Of a stretch of 33,373 bases of DNA, positions 21,877-33,373 are shown piece after piece. Origin of the DNA: Phoronis australis. Taxonomy: Eukaryota > Animalia > Phoronida. The position numbers were made by a program, and so were the translations under genes. The DNA is taken from positions 1 to 33,373 of the forward strand of contig NMRA01001258.1 of the NCBI GenBank assembly GCA_002633005.1, given 5' to 3'. A model generated the notes under the pieces. It did not search any database, was not told the origin of the DNA, and saw nothing but the letters and a program-made list of their open reading frames with translations. Every line of letters begins with the position of its first letter. The first letter of the stretch is position 1.

Positions 21877-22479
21877 CATTCTCCGGCTTTTGTAACATAG
21901 TACAGTACACTCGTGATACATGCATGCACCATTTGAAAAATTTTTGTCAGTGGCAACTTACGAGAGATGATGACAGCTTTGTTTAAGAAAATTTCATTTG
22001 TTGGTGTTAAAAAAATACTCAAAACTAATAACACGTATAGAACCTTGTTGACTTTGGCAAAATGGGTGACAATCACTCCACAACTAACATTTCAGAAGAA
22101 TAACTTTGAGCCAGTTTTTGGCTTGCATTTGTACAAAAGCTTTTTGCCAATGCTATGGCTTTCTATGTTCATGACACACTCCGAAAAAGCGCAATTTGAT
22201 ATGATTAAGAAACCTGAAGAACAGTGTGACCTAGTGGTCAAGTTCTTTTTTGACGGATTGACTTTTCTTCCAAAAGGTTGCATACAGTTATCGAAATTGG
22301 TTATAAGTTTTTAGTATTTTATTGCCAACAAAGTGAATTTCTGAACAAATTTTGCATTGCCAAGCAATTGTCATCTGCTGAAAGATGTCACAAAAATTTA
22401 GCAAATTGTGTGTGTACATGTCCTGGCCATACTGTTTTCAAGCCGACAACAGACTTTTTGTTACAAAAGCCGGAGAATG
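21877..22479. mobile_element. ~600-bp MITE with perfect 21-bp inverted repeat
   Basis: CATTCTCCGGCTTTTGTAACA (21877-21897) / TGTTACAAAAGCCGGAGAATG (22459-22479). Confidence 0.75.
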
Positions 22480-23409
22480 TCACAAAGCTGTAACAGGCAA
22501 AGTGAGAGTTGGTTGACTCCCAGATTTTGCATACAACCTGTCTGGCCGTTATTTTTACATGCAGGGGTTTAGAAATTCACTGGCCCAAGGACACAGACCA
22601 GTGAAATTTGGCATTTGTCTAGTGAAACTTTTCAGCTGGCTAGATCGATGTCTAGTGAACATTGAAGCCGGATAGTGAGATACATTACTTCAGTAGCCCG
22701 ACATCTCGGACTGACAGCTTTCCGTAGCCTTAGCACAGTCTCCGTACTGCTCGCCGATGACCGCCTCGAGGAATTGACAAACCATAATGAACTTTGGGAA
22801 AACAAACGTGACGCATACCCAGCTGAAAAAATAATTCCATTCGTTTCCCAGCCAATGAAAAAGCCCAAATACGTGAATCCCTTGACAACATGCTGCCTTT
22901 TGCGACAACACGATGATCATTTCAAAACTGAATCACGATTGGTCGTCTGGCGAATTGGATAGGATCGTCTGACAAATGTCACAGGCTCAGAAGCAGGATG
23001 GCAAGCGGGTAAAAACTACAATATGATTTTCTCTCAAAATGGTTTTGGTTTAAGTTATATTCAGATAGACAGCAATAGAAAATTCTAATGTTCTTTGTCA
23101 CACCTGCCAAGATTGTGAAGATCTCACTAGCTGCTCATTGGCCATAACAGCTAAATCCGACACTACTGTATTACCGCGGTCTCACTTTAAACTGTCATAA
23201 CTTTGGAATTTCATGCAATCAGTCAGAATTTTGGAATCCTCGTACAATTTGTTTCGCAATATCAGTTTTACTTCAATATTACTTCTTTCTTAATTAACGA
23301 AATTTGAAGTTCATGCTTTTTGCGGACTTCAAATTTCTAAGGCTTTTTACGTTTTCAAAACATCAAAATTTTACCAAATATTTTATTCATGATAACTAAG
23401 CTGTTCAGT

Positions 23410-23590
23410 ACTACCATGCTGATACACTGGTCAACAGTTCCATTGGTGTCTGTCGCTACTGGGCTGATACACTGGTCACCAGTTCCAATGGTGGATGTCA
23501 ATACTGTTCTGATACACTGGTCAACAGTTCCAGTGGTGGATGTCATTACCATGCTGATAAACTGATCAACAGTTCCAGTGGTGGAATGTT
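23410..23590. repeat. 45-bp minisatellite, 4 copies
   Basis: Unit ~TACCATGCTGATACACTGGTCAACAGTTCCAGTGGTGGATGTCAT. Confidence 0.9.
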
Positions 23591-23625
23591 AACTATATTC
23601 GCTTAGTAGCTATTGTAACAGACTT

Positions 23626-23778
23626 GCCTCGTGTTCAGTAACGCAAAGACCTCGCTAATAAACAAGACTTCACGAGATTACATGAGATATTGCCATGTAT
23701 TTTGATTGAGAACACGTGACTTTGGCTAGATTTTAGCTAGGTCCTAACGTAGGTCCTAGCGTTACTGAACGCACGCCC
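23626..23778. mobile_element. Small MITE nested in the 22562-24230 element
   Basis: GTGTTCAGTAACGC (23631) / GCGTTACTGAACGC (23759) inverted pair. Confidence 0.55.
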
Positions 23779-25330
23779 GCTTTGAATGAAAGTCAATGAT
23801 CTTAATGGTAGTTATCATGACAGAGGGGCCAACGTTTGAAAATTTTAATTCGCAGCCTGCTGTTGACTTTTGGTGGTACAAAACCGCAAGAGGGCGCCGT
23901 GTGGATGGCCTTCGATACCAAGTGGAACCAGATGTAGATCCGTCTCCACCATCGTCTTTTTTAATAAATAAAAGTTGTAACTGAAGTATATAGTTTTCAT
24001 TCAAGTAAATTACAAACAAAGACAAAGTACAAAATAGCCCAGACACTAAAGTCACATGTTTTTATGTGCACATTATGCTAGATCGAAATGTATCATAGCC
24101 AAAGTGTATGGACCAATCAGCTTCTTAAGTGTGTCGCCAATGTTGACCGGTGGCATGAAAACACAGGACCAGTAGATTGTTTTTTTACTGGTCCTGTCTA
24201 GTGAAGTCAAAAGAAGTTTCTATATTCCTGATATGTTGATATAAGTTTCGTGATGAGGTGACCAGCAGAACTACCGGGGCACTGTGAAGTTTTGAGGTCT
24301 ATGTGAAGTTAACAAACAGCAATGTTTAGCTCTGTAGTTTAATTGACATTACTCTTTATACGGCTTGCTAGTAATTGAGGTGATGAGAACCTCATAAATT
24401 TTATTTTGAAAGGTTGGTCGTAGTTCCATTACCAGCAATCTTAACTGGCTACTGTAACCAAGATGCTTCATATACATTTGGGACTAAACATCAAAATTCA
24501 GGCAAGAATCGTTTTGTAAAACACAGACAGAAGTAGCAGATTAAGGTTTTTAGACCCCAACACTTAGCTTGGGTCATGTCATGAAAGTAATTATTGAACA
24601 CCATCCTTTGCCAAGCTTTTTAGAGCATTCGTTCTGCACCATCCTGCTTTATTACTACTGTTTAGTGTGTACGGTAAGTGAGTGCAATGGAACCAACGTC
24701 ATTTAGCTGTATCAAGTGTCCGTTGTTTGCAAGAAAGAAAAAAATCTTTGTTGACTTCAAGTAATACTCAGTCTTTTGCTGTCATTCCCTGAGGCTTGTG
24801 TTGAATATTGTCATAGAATTCCCAAATCATAATTTAATGTGAAGTGCAGTTAAAGGGAGACTATCAGTTTATTGCCAGTAAATGCATTTTGGAAATGTTG
24901 CTGGGTGACGTAGACTTTGAACTTATTGACTTTGAGCAGAGACTGGGAGTATTATATTGGTCCAAGCCAGAGCCTGGGAGTAGCATATTGGTCCGAACCA
25001 GAGTGAACATTATCTATTATTTTTTGTTATTTTATTACAAATCACCAATTTTTGCGGAAGTGTGGCAGCCATTTTGCTAAAATCAGGACCAGTGACTTTA
25101 CCAGTTTAACAGATTACACTTAAAATACTTCACCATTTATGGAGTGGGCGGAGCATCCGACTGCAACCACTTAGATTGGGGGTTTGATTTCATGCTGTGA
25201 TTGATCTCAGAGAATGTCTTCTCTTGCCGATAGTGTCCCTTTAAGTGTACTATTTGTGCAGTAATTCCTTGCTGTTCTAAGTCTGGCAGTGTTTCATGTA
25301 TTCGTAGCCATCTTTTGCTGAACACCAAGC

Positions 25331-25478
25331 ATGTCATCGGAAGATGTGCTGTTGATTGTTGGTCACGTGAAGTACAAAAAGACGAATGGAAGTCTTTACT
25401 TGATGAATGAACGACTGGCCTTTATGCCAGAATGCAAAGACAGTTTTTCAGTAAGCCACTTGTATGCTGATGTCAAAG
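25331..25478 (+). CDS. GTF2H1: GTF2H1 coding exon 1 ([17 protein letters not shown]...HLYADVK)
   Basis: Acceptor cgtag at 25307 (exon starts 25308, so a non-coding exon lies upstream); AAAG|gtaagc. Confidence 0.95.
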
Positions 25479-28400
25479 GTAAGCCACATTGACTCTTTTA
25501 CTGATGCTGATACACTGAAACTATTTAAAGTTGTTTGAAATTTCTTTCTTCACTGAAGATGATTTTTTTAGTCATCAGGTCCTGTTGCGTGGAAAAGCTT
25601 AAAGTAAAAAAATTTTGTTTAAGGTTCCACACAGTCAACTATTTCTGACAAATGATTCTCAGCTTGGCAAAGTACAAAGTGTCTGAGAATATATTGAAAA
25701 CTTAGTAACTGATAATTAGTTAATTTCCTTAAATGCTAGTCATTTGACCTATCGCCAGGATTTTGAGTGACTGCTTAACTGACCAATCAGAACGCAGCAT
25801 TCTTGATACACCTTCGTTTCCAAGCCGCCATTTTACCCGACAAACAACTCATTGCTGGGTAAAACTTTTGTTTGTTTGTTGATTTTTCGCAAGGGGCCGG
25901 AGCTTGCGATTGGTCAATTGGTGCTAACATTAATGACATGACATTGATAGTGAACTGTAGGTGCTAGACAAACTTTCTTACTTGGCCTTTTAAAGGTAAT
26001 TTCTTGTAATAGTATCTATGGTGGGAAAAAGAGGTAGCTACTACAGTTGTTAGGATGATTAAAAACCACGCAAGGATGTAGTAATATGGTAGTGCAAAAG
26101 ATTTCCTCAGATGTAGAGCTAGATGGATTAGGTAATATTAAGGCTATATTCAATGTTAAAGAAGAAAAAGGGAATGTAATCTAAATCGATGACTCTGTGG
26201 GAGTTTGTGTTCTGGCTCATGTAAACTTTCCTGTGGATATAACTGCGCCTTATTTAGGGCCACACTTGACATACTTGCATCCTCGTCATTTTTTCATAAA
26301 AATTGCCTTTAGAATTTCTTACTTTTAGCTTATTTTTACCTCATCACTATGAATATCATGCTGCAAATTAGCCTCAGCCAACCACGTGTTACTGTACTTT
26401 TCCTCATTTTTATAGTTTAATGTATTTATTATCATTATTATTATGTTTATTATCATTACTATTATAAAGTCTCTCTTTTATTTACCATTCCATCAGTGTG
26501 GATACAAGTACCTCAATATTCCTTTAGTCTTCAACAATAGTGTAACATTATGCTTCAGCTCAAAGAATATCACCTGACACCAAAGACAAAGTACAGCTGC
26601 AAGTCCAGTTCCATGATGGTGGTGCCAACACGTTTCACTTTGCCAATCCCCATGGACGCGAAAAACAGGTCGCAGATCGGGAATCTGTCAAGGAATTACT
26701 TCAACAACTTCTGCCGCGTTTCCGAAGGAAAATGGACACACAGCTAGAGGAAAAGAACAGGTGAAGTGGAGCTTAATTAATGTTGGCAGATACCTGAATA
26801 TTGCGGTCTCTTGTCTTTAAATGTAAAAACGAATCAGTCACCATTAAACCCACGTAAAATAACCCAAGCCATGATTTATTGTCATATTCCTGGATATTGT
26901 CATTAAAATCAGCAAAATGTGTACCCTGTCTTTCCTGTCTTAAAAGCATCCTCAATCATCTTCAATTTACCTGACTGTCTTATTGGAACTTGTTGCTGGG
27001 GGTCATCTTTTAGTATTCGAAAGGATTTCCATCCCTTAGTAAACTGATCAGAGCATCTGCTAGTGCAAAAAAAGGAAGATCAAAAAACCATCAACTTTGA
27101 CAAGATTGGTTGTCAACCCCTGCTATATTGGTCTACTTTTTGTTAGTCGCAGGGGGATCTTTGTTTTGATGTCATAAACCAATTATTACTGTGACGGGGA
27201 CTTGTGAATCCTGTTGGAATGTTCTGGCCAGCCAGATAATGCAATTGCTGATTTGGATTTCAGCACCCAAACACCGAGGGCTTGAACCACTTTACTGTGT
27301 ACTACTTATGAACCAGTTGATGATATGTTGCATGTGCATAGAAATTATTAAATGTAAATGAATCTCTTTGATTGAATAATTAATGAGCCAAGTGCTTTTC
27401 TGTTTGTGTTGTAGAATGTTGCAGAATGACCCAGAGCTCTTTCAGCTCTACAAAGACCTTGTGGTCAGTCAGGTGATCACAGCTGAAGAATTCTGGGCCC
27501 AGAGAAGTCAGGTGAGAGAAGGTAGCCCCTGTGATAGGAGATAGCCCGTGTGAGAGAAGATAGCCCCTGTAAAAGAACTGCTAGTATGATTAGTTTGCGT
27601 TTACATTTAAAAAAATTACCAAGGATAGTTCAATTAAGTCTCATGGAAAACTGGCCAAAAGCATTTCTATATTTTGAAGACGTAAAGTATGGAAAATGGG
27701 AAATGAGTGAAAACATGCTGAAAATGTGCTTTCGTCATAAATAATTAAAATTTTGTTTGTGTATCAAATTACAAGGTCAAACATTCAGTCATATCTAGTA
27801 CCAGTCATTAGCAAAAAATTCAGTTTTCTACTTTTTGTGGAAGAATAACTTGTGAAAATTATTTGTTAACCATGCTAACAGTGCCATCACATTAATAGCC
27901 TTTCAAACATTCCTATAAAAGGGGAATGTTGCCATTTTGAAGGCAGTTTTGGTCGGTTTGACATAATTTGCTTTTGAGTCTTTTTGTTTGATTTTTATGA
28001 AAACGAAAATTAATGATTCTTTAAACTGGACGTATGACGTTGTGACCAAGTCACACAATGCAAATACCGTATTCACCCTAATAAGTGCAAATGCCTCTAT
28101 AAGTGCCCCCCCATGCTATTTCAGACTTCGCTAAAACAACTGCTTAATCCATGAACGTGTAGATGCGAAAAATGCCTTACCTACGGTTCTAAAATTTTAG
28201 AGTAACCTCTTCAATATATCAATAAGATCCGACAGTCCTGAAAAAAATCATTGTGCACGGAATTTGTAGACCACGAGCCTCGCCGCTATTTTGGTATTTA
28301 GCCGTGACTATACACTTCAAACTTCCACCAAGGTAAGTTTTGCTGATCTTGCGAGGAACTTGTCCCATTATGGTCTGGCCTTTCAGAACAGACGCAGCAT

Positions 28401-31024
28401 ACTTGTCAAAGGGATTGTACTTTATCTTCTCTCTCAACAGGAATCCAAATTACTTTGTACACATGAAAACTACAAATCAAAGTCTAATAAAAACTTGACC
28501 GATGTTAAAAGCTCGTGGTGAGGAAGGGCGTGCTACATACATGTCATCAAAGACATTAGTCATCGGGAACTATCCATTCATGACATGGGTTGCGTAGCAT
28601 CAGCAAGAAATAAATATTGGCACTAATTTCCGAAAGTTTATAATACCGTAGAAATGTTTGCGTTGTTTTCAAGAGGAATTATTAATAATTAATCAGAATT
28701 GGTGTTTTTAAAGTCAGAATAACCCACTGATAGTCAGTACGTCTGCACCCTTAGAAATTTTCTCATGTTGCGGGGAATGGTCTAGTGCAGATTTGAACTT
28801 ATATGCAGTTAACCCCGACACCACAGGAACTTAAAAATCTTAGGGACCCTATTGGGAAAACTCAAAAAGGACTTCAGGTAATTTGTTGAGTTGAAACTGT
28901 ATTTTTATTCAAGAATTCAAGTTGCCCTATCGACAATCGTGAGGTAACGACGCATCAGTCGGCGAATGTTTGCCTTGGGATTTCAGCACAATTTTCTGAA
29001 AACTGATCATAATTTAACAAGAGAACAAGTTTGATAGCAATGCACCATAATTTTGTAGAAAGCCATAGGTTACAGATATGTCACAGAGCGTAAATTTGGT
29101 TCATCCTAGCTTAAGATTTTACAAGTTTCGGAGACCATGTTTCAACCGCTTTTGGCCATAATGAGCGCCCCCCTCCTGAAATGAATTTTTTAAGTGCCCT
29201 GGGCACTTATTAGGGCTGTGTGTCTCATTGGCTGAACCACTGTTGTATATGTTTTATCACCTGTTCCTGGCATCATTAGTCAAATCAAAGTCCAATCGTG
29301 TAAGGAGACTAATAATCTTCAGGCATTTCAGCCAGAACAAAGCTATCAGAACTGTGAAGTGAAGAAACATACTAGTTTCCTCTGACTGGTAAATGTTTTT
29401 GGAACTTCCTCACCATTTCACTTCCAGTGTGAGAGACTTGTTCTTTTTTAAGTTCATCTCTGAAATTTGAATGAAAATACTCGTCAAAAGTTCCTTTCGT
29501 TTTCAGTATGATGTTAAACATGCCAAATTGACCAAAAAGATTTTCAAAAAATGTAACATTGTTCTTTAAAGTCTGACTAGTAAGTTGGAAGCTAGAGTCA
29601 GTTAATGCAATGAGCTATACCAGGAGTAAAGCGCATTTTGTAAATACAACGCTTGTAGTCTTCCAGAAAGTCAATTCCAAATTCTGATCCAAGCTTCACC
29701 AGACTGGGTCTGTAACCTTGTCTACTGTTCTGTACTGCCCCCGAAAATTGTTGCTTCTACATTTGAATTTTCTATGATACTAATGCAGCTTCTGGGAATT
29801 ACTTTTCATTACATCCAGGTTATGATTTCATTCCCTTGCTTCCGTCTGCTACTAAAACTGAGCTTATAGTAGTAAAAGACACTTTGGCGCAATTATCTGC
29901 CTGTTATCCAGGATTTAAACCTGGACATCTCATTCATAGGAATACAGAACTCAAATCACTGATGTACACTGTCTCCTCACTGAGATGTTTTGAACATTAC
30001 ACCTGTTGAATGTGAAACGTTATAAGAAATCTGAAATCATGCAAATCAAGTGCTGTTCATATTTTCAGAAGCAGACAAGCAATAAACAGGAGCCACAGAA
30101 TGTTGGCGTGTCAGCTGCTTTTATGGTAAGGAACTGTCTTTGCTTTGTTGAATAAAAACATTGAATGATAGATTTGTCTGGCACATTTTGATTTTTGTGA
30201 ATTTCCTTCGTTTCTACATGGCATTGATAATGTTTGTGGCTATGGTCTCCTAAAGGAGTCTTGCATTTTGAGAACCAGTTTGATGCCAGTTATTCCATGG
30301 GAAAAATTATTAAAATACAGGACCTCTTGAAGTGACTATTAACATTATTTAAGCTTTTCATGCACTCTTATTTGTGTCTATAGGTGGCATTATTGTCCCT
30401 CCATGGGGATCAATTAATTCATCTAGTCCAACTGACATACCTTTTACATTTTTTGTGAAAACATTTCAGTTTTAACATGAAAAGTGCTCCAACTCCTCTA
30501 GTAGAACTAAAAATCAGCAAATAGCCAAGTAGGTTAGGCATATTTAGCTGATAAGGTCATCTAGTACCTTGGTTTGAGTTAATTCTAGGAAGTTACTTAG
30601 GAAGCCCTTGTCGAGAATTGCCGTTTTATATTGTTACAAAAACACAGGAATTCTGTTGGTCTATAGCTAATAATTGTTATAACTTTACAAATTTTGGTTC
30701 CTTTAGTTGGTAATGTTTCAAGTAATGTTTTGTGTTGACAATTTCTATGGAACTGGTTTCTATAAATGTTTACCAAGACATGTTTTGTGCCCAGGTTGAC
30801 ATTAAGCCAGAGGCTGATGGCTGTAATGGACTGAGGTATAACCTGACTGCAGACATCATTGAGTGCATATTCAGGACATATCCCGCAGGTTGGTTCTCAT
30901 GCTTCTGGTTATAGTTACTCAATTTATTGTATTGTCAGACGGTTCTTTTGTCGCAATTTTTTTGGTACTGCATGCATTTAGACTCAGGTGTGTGCGTGTG
31001 TGTGCGTGTGTGTGCGTGTGTGTG

Positions 31025-31094
<70 letters not shown>

Positions 31095-32728
31095 TAGGTT
31101 TGTGTGAGTGCATACATGTATGTGAAATTAGCCTTTTATTTGAATTTTAGTACTTGTACCTTTATGTGAAACCAAGAAAGAAATTAGTGATAGTTGAGTT
31201 TATCTGCTGGTGTTACCATGGTTTGTGTTCAAAGTCAATGTGTTAAATGGGGATAAAAACATGATTGTTCTCTTTTGGTAAGACGTCCTACAAACGAAGC
31301 TCAGTCTCCTGCTTCTACGTGGCAAATTGAGTGAAAGTGTTGTTAGACACATGTTTCATGACAATATTGTCCAACTTGGCACCTTGAGTTTCATACAGGG
31401 CTGTTTCTTTCCCCTGAATCTCATTATATACCTAATCTCGTTGCTTACCCTTATCTCATACTCATCTCTGCCTTAGCCAAGCAGTTATAATTTTTCTATA
31501 AACAAATGGATTCTGTAGAGTATTACGTTTAAGCAGCTAAAAGTTGGGTGTCTCGGATTACCATTTATGACAACCTTTGAAACTGATGCTCATTTTTATT
31601 ATGTTGAAATGCTCGGTTCTGATTGTTGTCTTGTTGTATGATTGTGAACCACGGGCTCAAAGTGTGTGAAGTGATAGATATTACGATTAGTAAAACCGAA
31701 GCAGAGTCTTGTTTTAAGGAGTCGCGTCAAGTGGTACATTCATTGTCTCCCCACAACTATGTTGTAGTGAAAAAAACCTATATGGAAAATGTTCCTGACA
31801 AGCTGTCAGAGAAGGAGTTCTGGACGCGCTTCTTCCAGTCTCATTATTTCCATCGGGATCGGATGAACGTTGGTAGCAAGGACTTCTTCTCTGAGTGTGC
31901 AAAGAATGATGACAAAGGTAGGACAGAATACATAATGATCCATTGACAAATGCTCATATTGGAATGATGAAACTTGTTTTCTTGTGAAAAATCCCTGTTG
32001 TTCACAATATCTCAAGACCCGTGACTTATCTTGATAGGTACTTTTGGAAAAAATTTTAAGTGTGACCCGTGTGCCACCCCCCATGGCAGCTGAGGTTATT
32101 TGTATCATATAACCAATTATCTTGCTTTGCAAAGTCTAATGTGGGATGATTTTAACAATAAGATGTTCAGTTGCAAAAACTGGTGTTTTGTTGAAGAAAT
32201 TATCTTTTGATTTTGACCTCTTACTGCTCTAAAATGTGTTGTCATGGTAACTCAGGTGAGAAGTGATTTCTGTTGTAAAGACCTGACTGTTCAATATTGC
32301 TTGAGACCGTGCTTGGTGCATGAAATGACATCATGCCATGACATTCAATTTGTAGATCCTGACATCCCAATTTCGTGTCACAGTAAATGACCTGAATCTT
32401 TAATGAAATATCACTGGCTGGTTTATAGCAACTAATTTTAGAATGATGAACTTTTATTTTGAAAATTCACCTTTAAAAGTAAATTAGTTGGACTTGGTGA
32501 ACTTAATGAGAACTATATGTTGTGCAGGGACTGGTCGATGTGGAGAAGGGCTATTGACGTCCTATCATTCTTTTGGAGTGATTGTGATTGGAATGGTTTT
32601 TTAACATTGAACATGGTCTGATAAGTGTTTGTTATTTTGTGTTGATAGAAATGCAGGAAGAAATTCAAAGTGGTGTCAACGACTCGTTGTTAGATCTTAC
32701 ATCTCTTGATGACAATACACTGGCTGAT
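25331..32728 (+). CDS. GTF2H1: General transcription factor IIH subunit 1 (TFIIH p62; PH domain + BSD domains), first 7 coding exons, 3'-incomplete
   Basis: Exons 25331-25478, 26559-26760, 27415-27511, 30069-30125, 30795-30888, 31768-31917, 32649-32728 in frame. [60 protein letters not shown] are near-identical to p62. Confidence 0.96.
26559..26760 (+). CDS. GTF2H1: GTF2H1 coding exon 2 ([14 protein letters not shown]...[19 protein letters not shown])
   Basis: ttcag|CT...ACAG|gtgaag, 202 nt. Confidence 0.95.
27415..27511 (+). CDS. GTF2H1: GTF2H1 coding exon 3 ([32 protein letters not shown])
   Basis: tgtag|A...CAG|gtgaga, 97 nt, BSD1. Confidence 0.95.
27512..27568. repeat. 19-bp tandem repeat x3 starting at a splice donor
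   Basis: GTGAGAGAAGGTAGCCCCT / GTGATAGGAGATAGCCCGT / GTGAGAGAAGATAGCCCCT. Confidence 0.85.
28067..29215 (-). mobile_element. Same TIR element, copy 2 (right TIR truncated)
   Basis: TA|CCGTATTCACCCTAATAAGTGC ... GGGCACTTATTAGGG; colinear with 12386-13727; ORF 28219..28437. Confidence 0.88.
30069..30125 (+). CDS. GTF2H1: GTF2H1 coding exon 4 ([19 protein letters not shown])
   Basis: ttcag|AAG...ATG|gtaagg, 57 nt. Confidence 0.92.
30795..30888 (+). CDS. GTF2H1: GTF2H1 coding exon 5 ([31 protein letters not shown])
   Basis: cccag|GTT...GCAG|gttggt, 94 nt. Confidence 0.95.
30988..31090. repeat. (TG)n microsatellite
   Basis: ~100 bp GT alternation with a few C/A interruptions. Confidence 0.98.
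31768..31917 (+). CDS. GTF2H1: GTF2H1 coding exon 6 ([31 protein letters not shown]...DDK)
   Basis: tgtag|TG...AAAG|gtagga, 150 nt, BSD2. Confidence 0.95.
32649..32728 (+). CDS. GTF2H1: GTF2H1 coding exon 7 ([26 protein letters not shown])
   Basis: gatag|AA...GAT|gtaagt, 80 nt. Confidence 0.92.
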
Positions 32729-33313
32729 GTAAGTTGCATTCTTCGTTCTGTGTTAGGTATATTTTGCCAACGTCATTTTTTATTTTCAGTTCCAAGGAAG
32801 GTCAAATAACCTCACAGTGTGAAATATTTATATCATTTTCAACTCTTCATAATGAGGAGAGTTTCAATGCGTATCAAGTTAGCTCATTGGCTTTAACACG
32901 TTTCAATGATTCCTTTACTATGGGTCACCATTAGTACTCTAGCTGTCATTCAGCAATGCAATAAACTGCAGATACTCATTTCTACTCTATACTGCGTCGT
33001 GGCTTCCTTGACAAATAGTGATTGATGAAAATATCATTAACGCTGTGTTTTGCCCTGTTTAGCTGAATAAAAACTTTAAGGAAAATCGAATTTCATGATA
33101 TTTCTTACTGCAATAACATTCTATTTCTGTTGCCTGTAAGAACATGGAAGCAGTCAGCAACTCAAGAAATGATTCAGAGTTTGTTGGGGTTGGCTAACTC
33201 TGAAACTGTGAATTTGAAAATGGTTCATGCGTGGCTCATGTGTGCATTTCCTTTGACTTGAGTTGAAATGGAATCTTGTCTCTGTAAGGAAAGTTAAGAG
33301 GCTGATTTTATGA

Positions 33314-33373
33314 GAGTGACAGCGTGAAAGTGACAGCGTGAGAGTGGCAGAGGGAGAGTGACAGCGTGAGAGT
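33314..33373. repeat. 14-bp tandem repeat, truncated by window end
   Basis: Unit GAGAGTGACAGCGT x ~4. Confidence 0.85.

Larger units (their letters stand above)
22562..24230. mobile_element. Degenerate hAT-like non-autonomous element with nested repeats
   Basis: CAGGGGTTTAGAAATT ... AAGTTTCTATATTCCTG; subterminal GACCAGT/ACTGG motifs at both ends; flanks ACATG/ATATG. Confidence 0.55.

Noticed and set aside
23355-23552. 15-aa repeat ORF (TSTTGTVDQC...)
   Set aside because: Translation of the 45-bp minisatellite inside a TE; no splice or homology support.
30863-31150. Poly-(CV) and poly-(HT) ORFs
   Set aside because: Translations of the (TG)n microsatellite.
33141-33180. Possible further GTF2H1 exon
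   Set aside because: Weak acceptor and no match to the expected downstream p62 motif (IIKRFNHHS); next exon likely beyond the window.

Overview
AT-rich, intron-rich eukaryotic (invertebrate animal; probably marine, by inference) genomic DNA with two single-N assembly gaps (3407, 17269). Three spliced genes can be reconstructed with consistent GT-AG phases: (1) the 3' seven coding exons of a ZC3H11A-like mRNA-export factor (+, 1405..14136); (2) a complete four-exon pitchfork/PIFO (CIMAP3) ciliary gene (-, 19219..15790, 198 aa), convergent with it; (3) the first seven coding exons of GTF2H1 (TFIIH p62; +, 25331..32728, running off the window), head-to-head with PIFO across a CpG-rich, palindrome-rich promoter region (~19300-21300). 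Introns are full of repeats: a decayed non-LTR RT fragment, minisatellites (39, 29, 45, 19, 14 bp), a (TG)n tract, several MITEs, a Helentron-associated (HINE/DINE-like) element whose ~146-bp internal repeats each carry a CTCF-like motif, and two copies of a TA-flanked TIR element that carries a decayed HIRAN-like ORF instead of a transposase. No prokaryotic system, CRISPR array, tRNA or rRNA is supported. All alignments and folds were done by eye.
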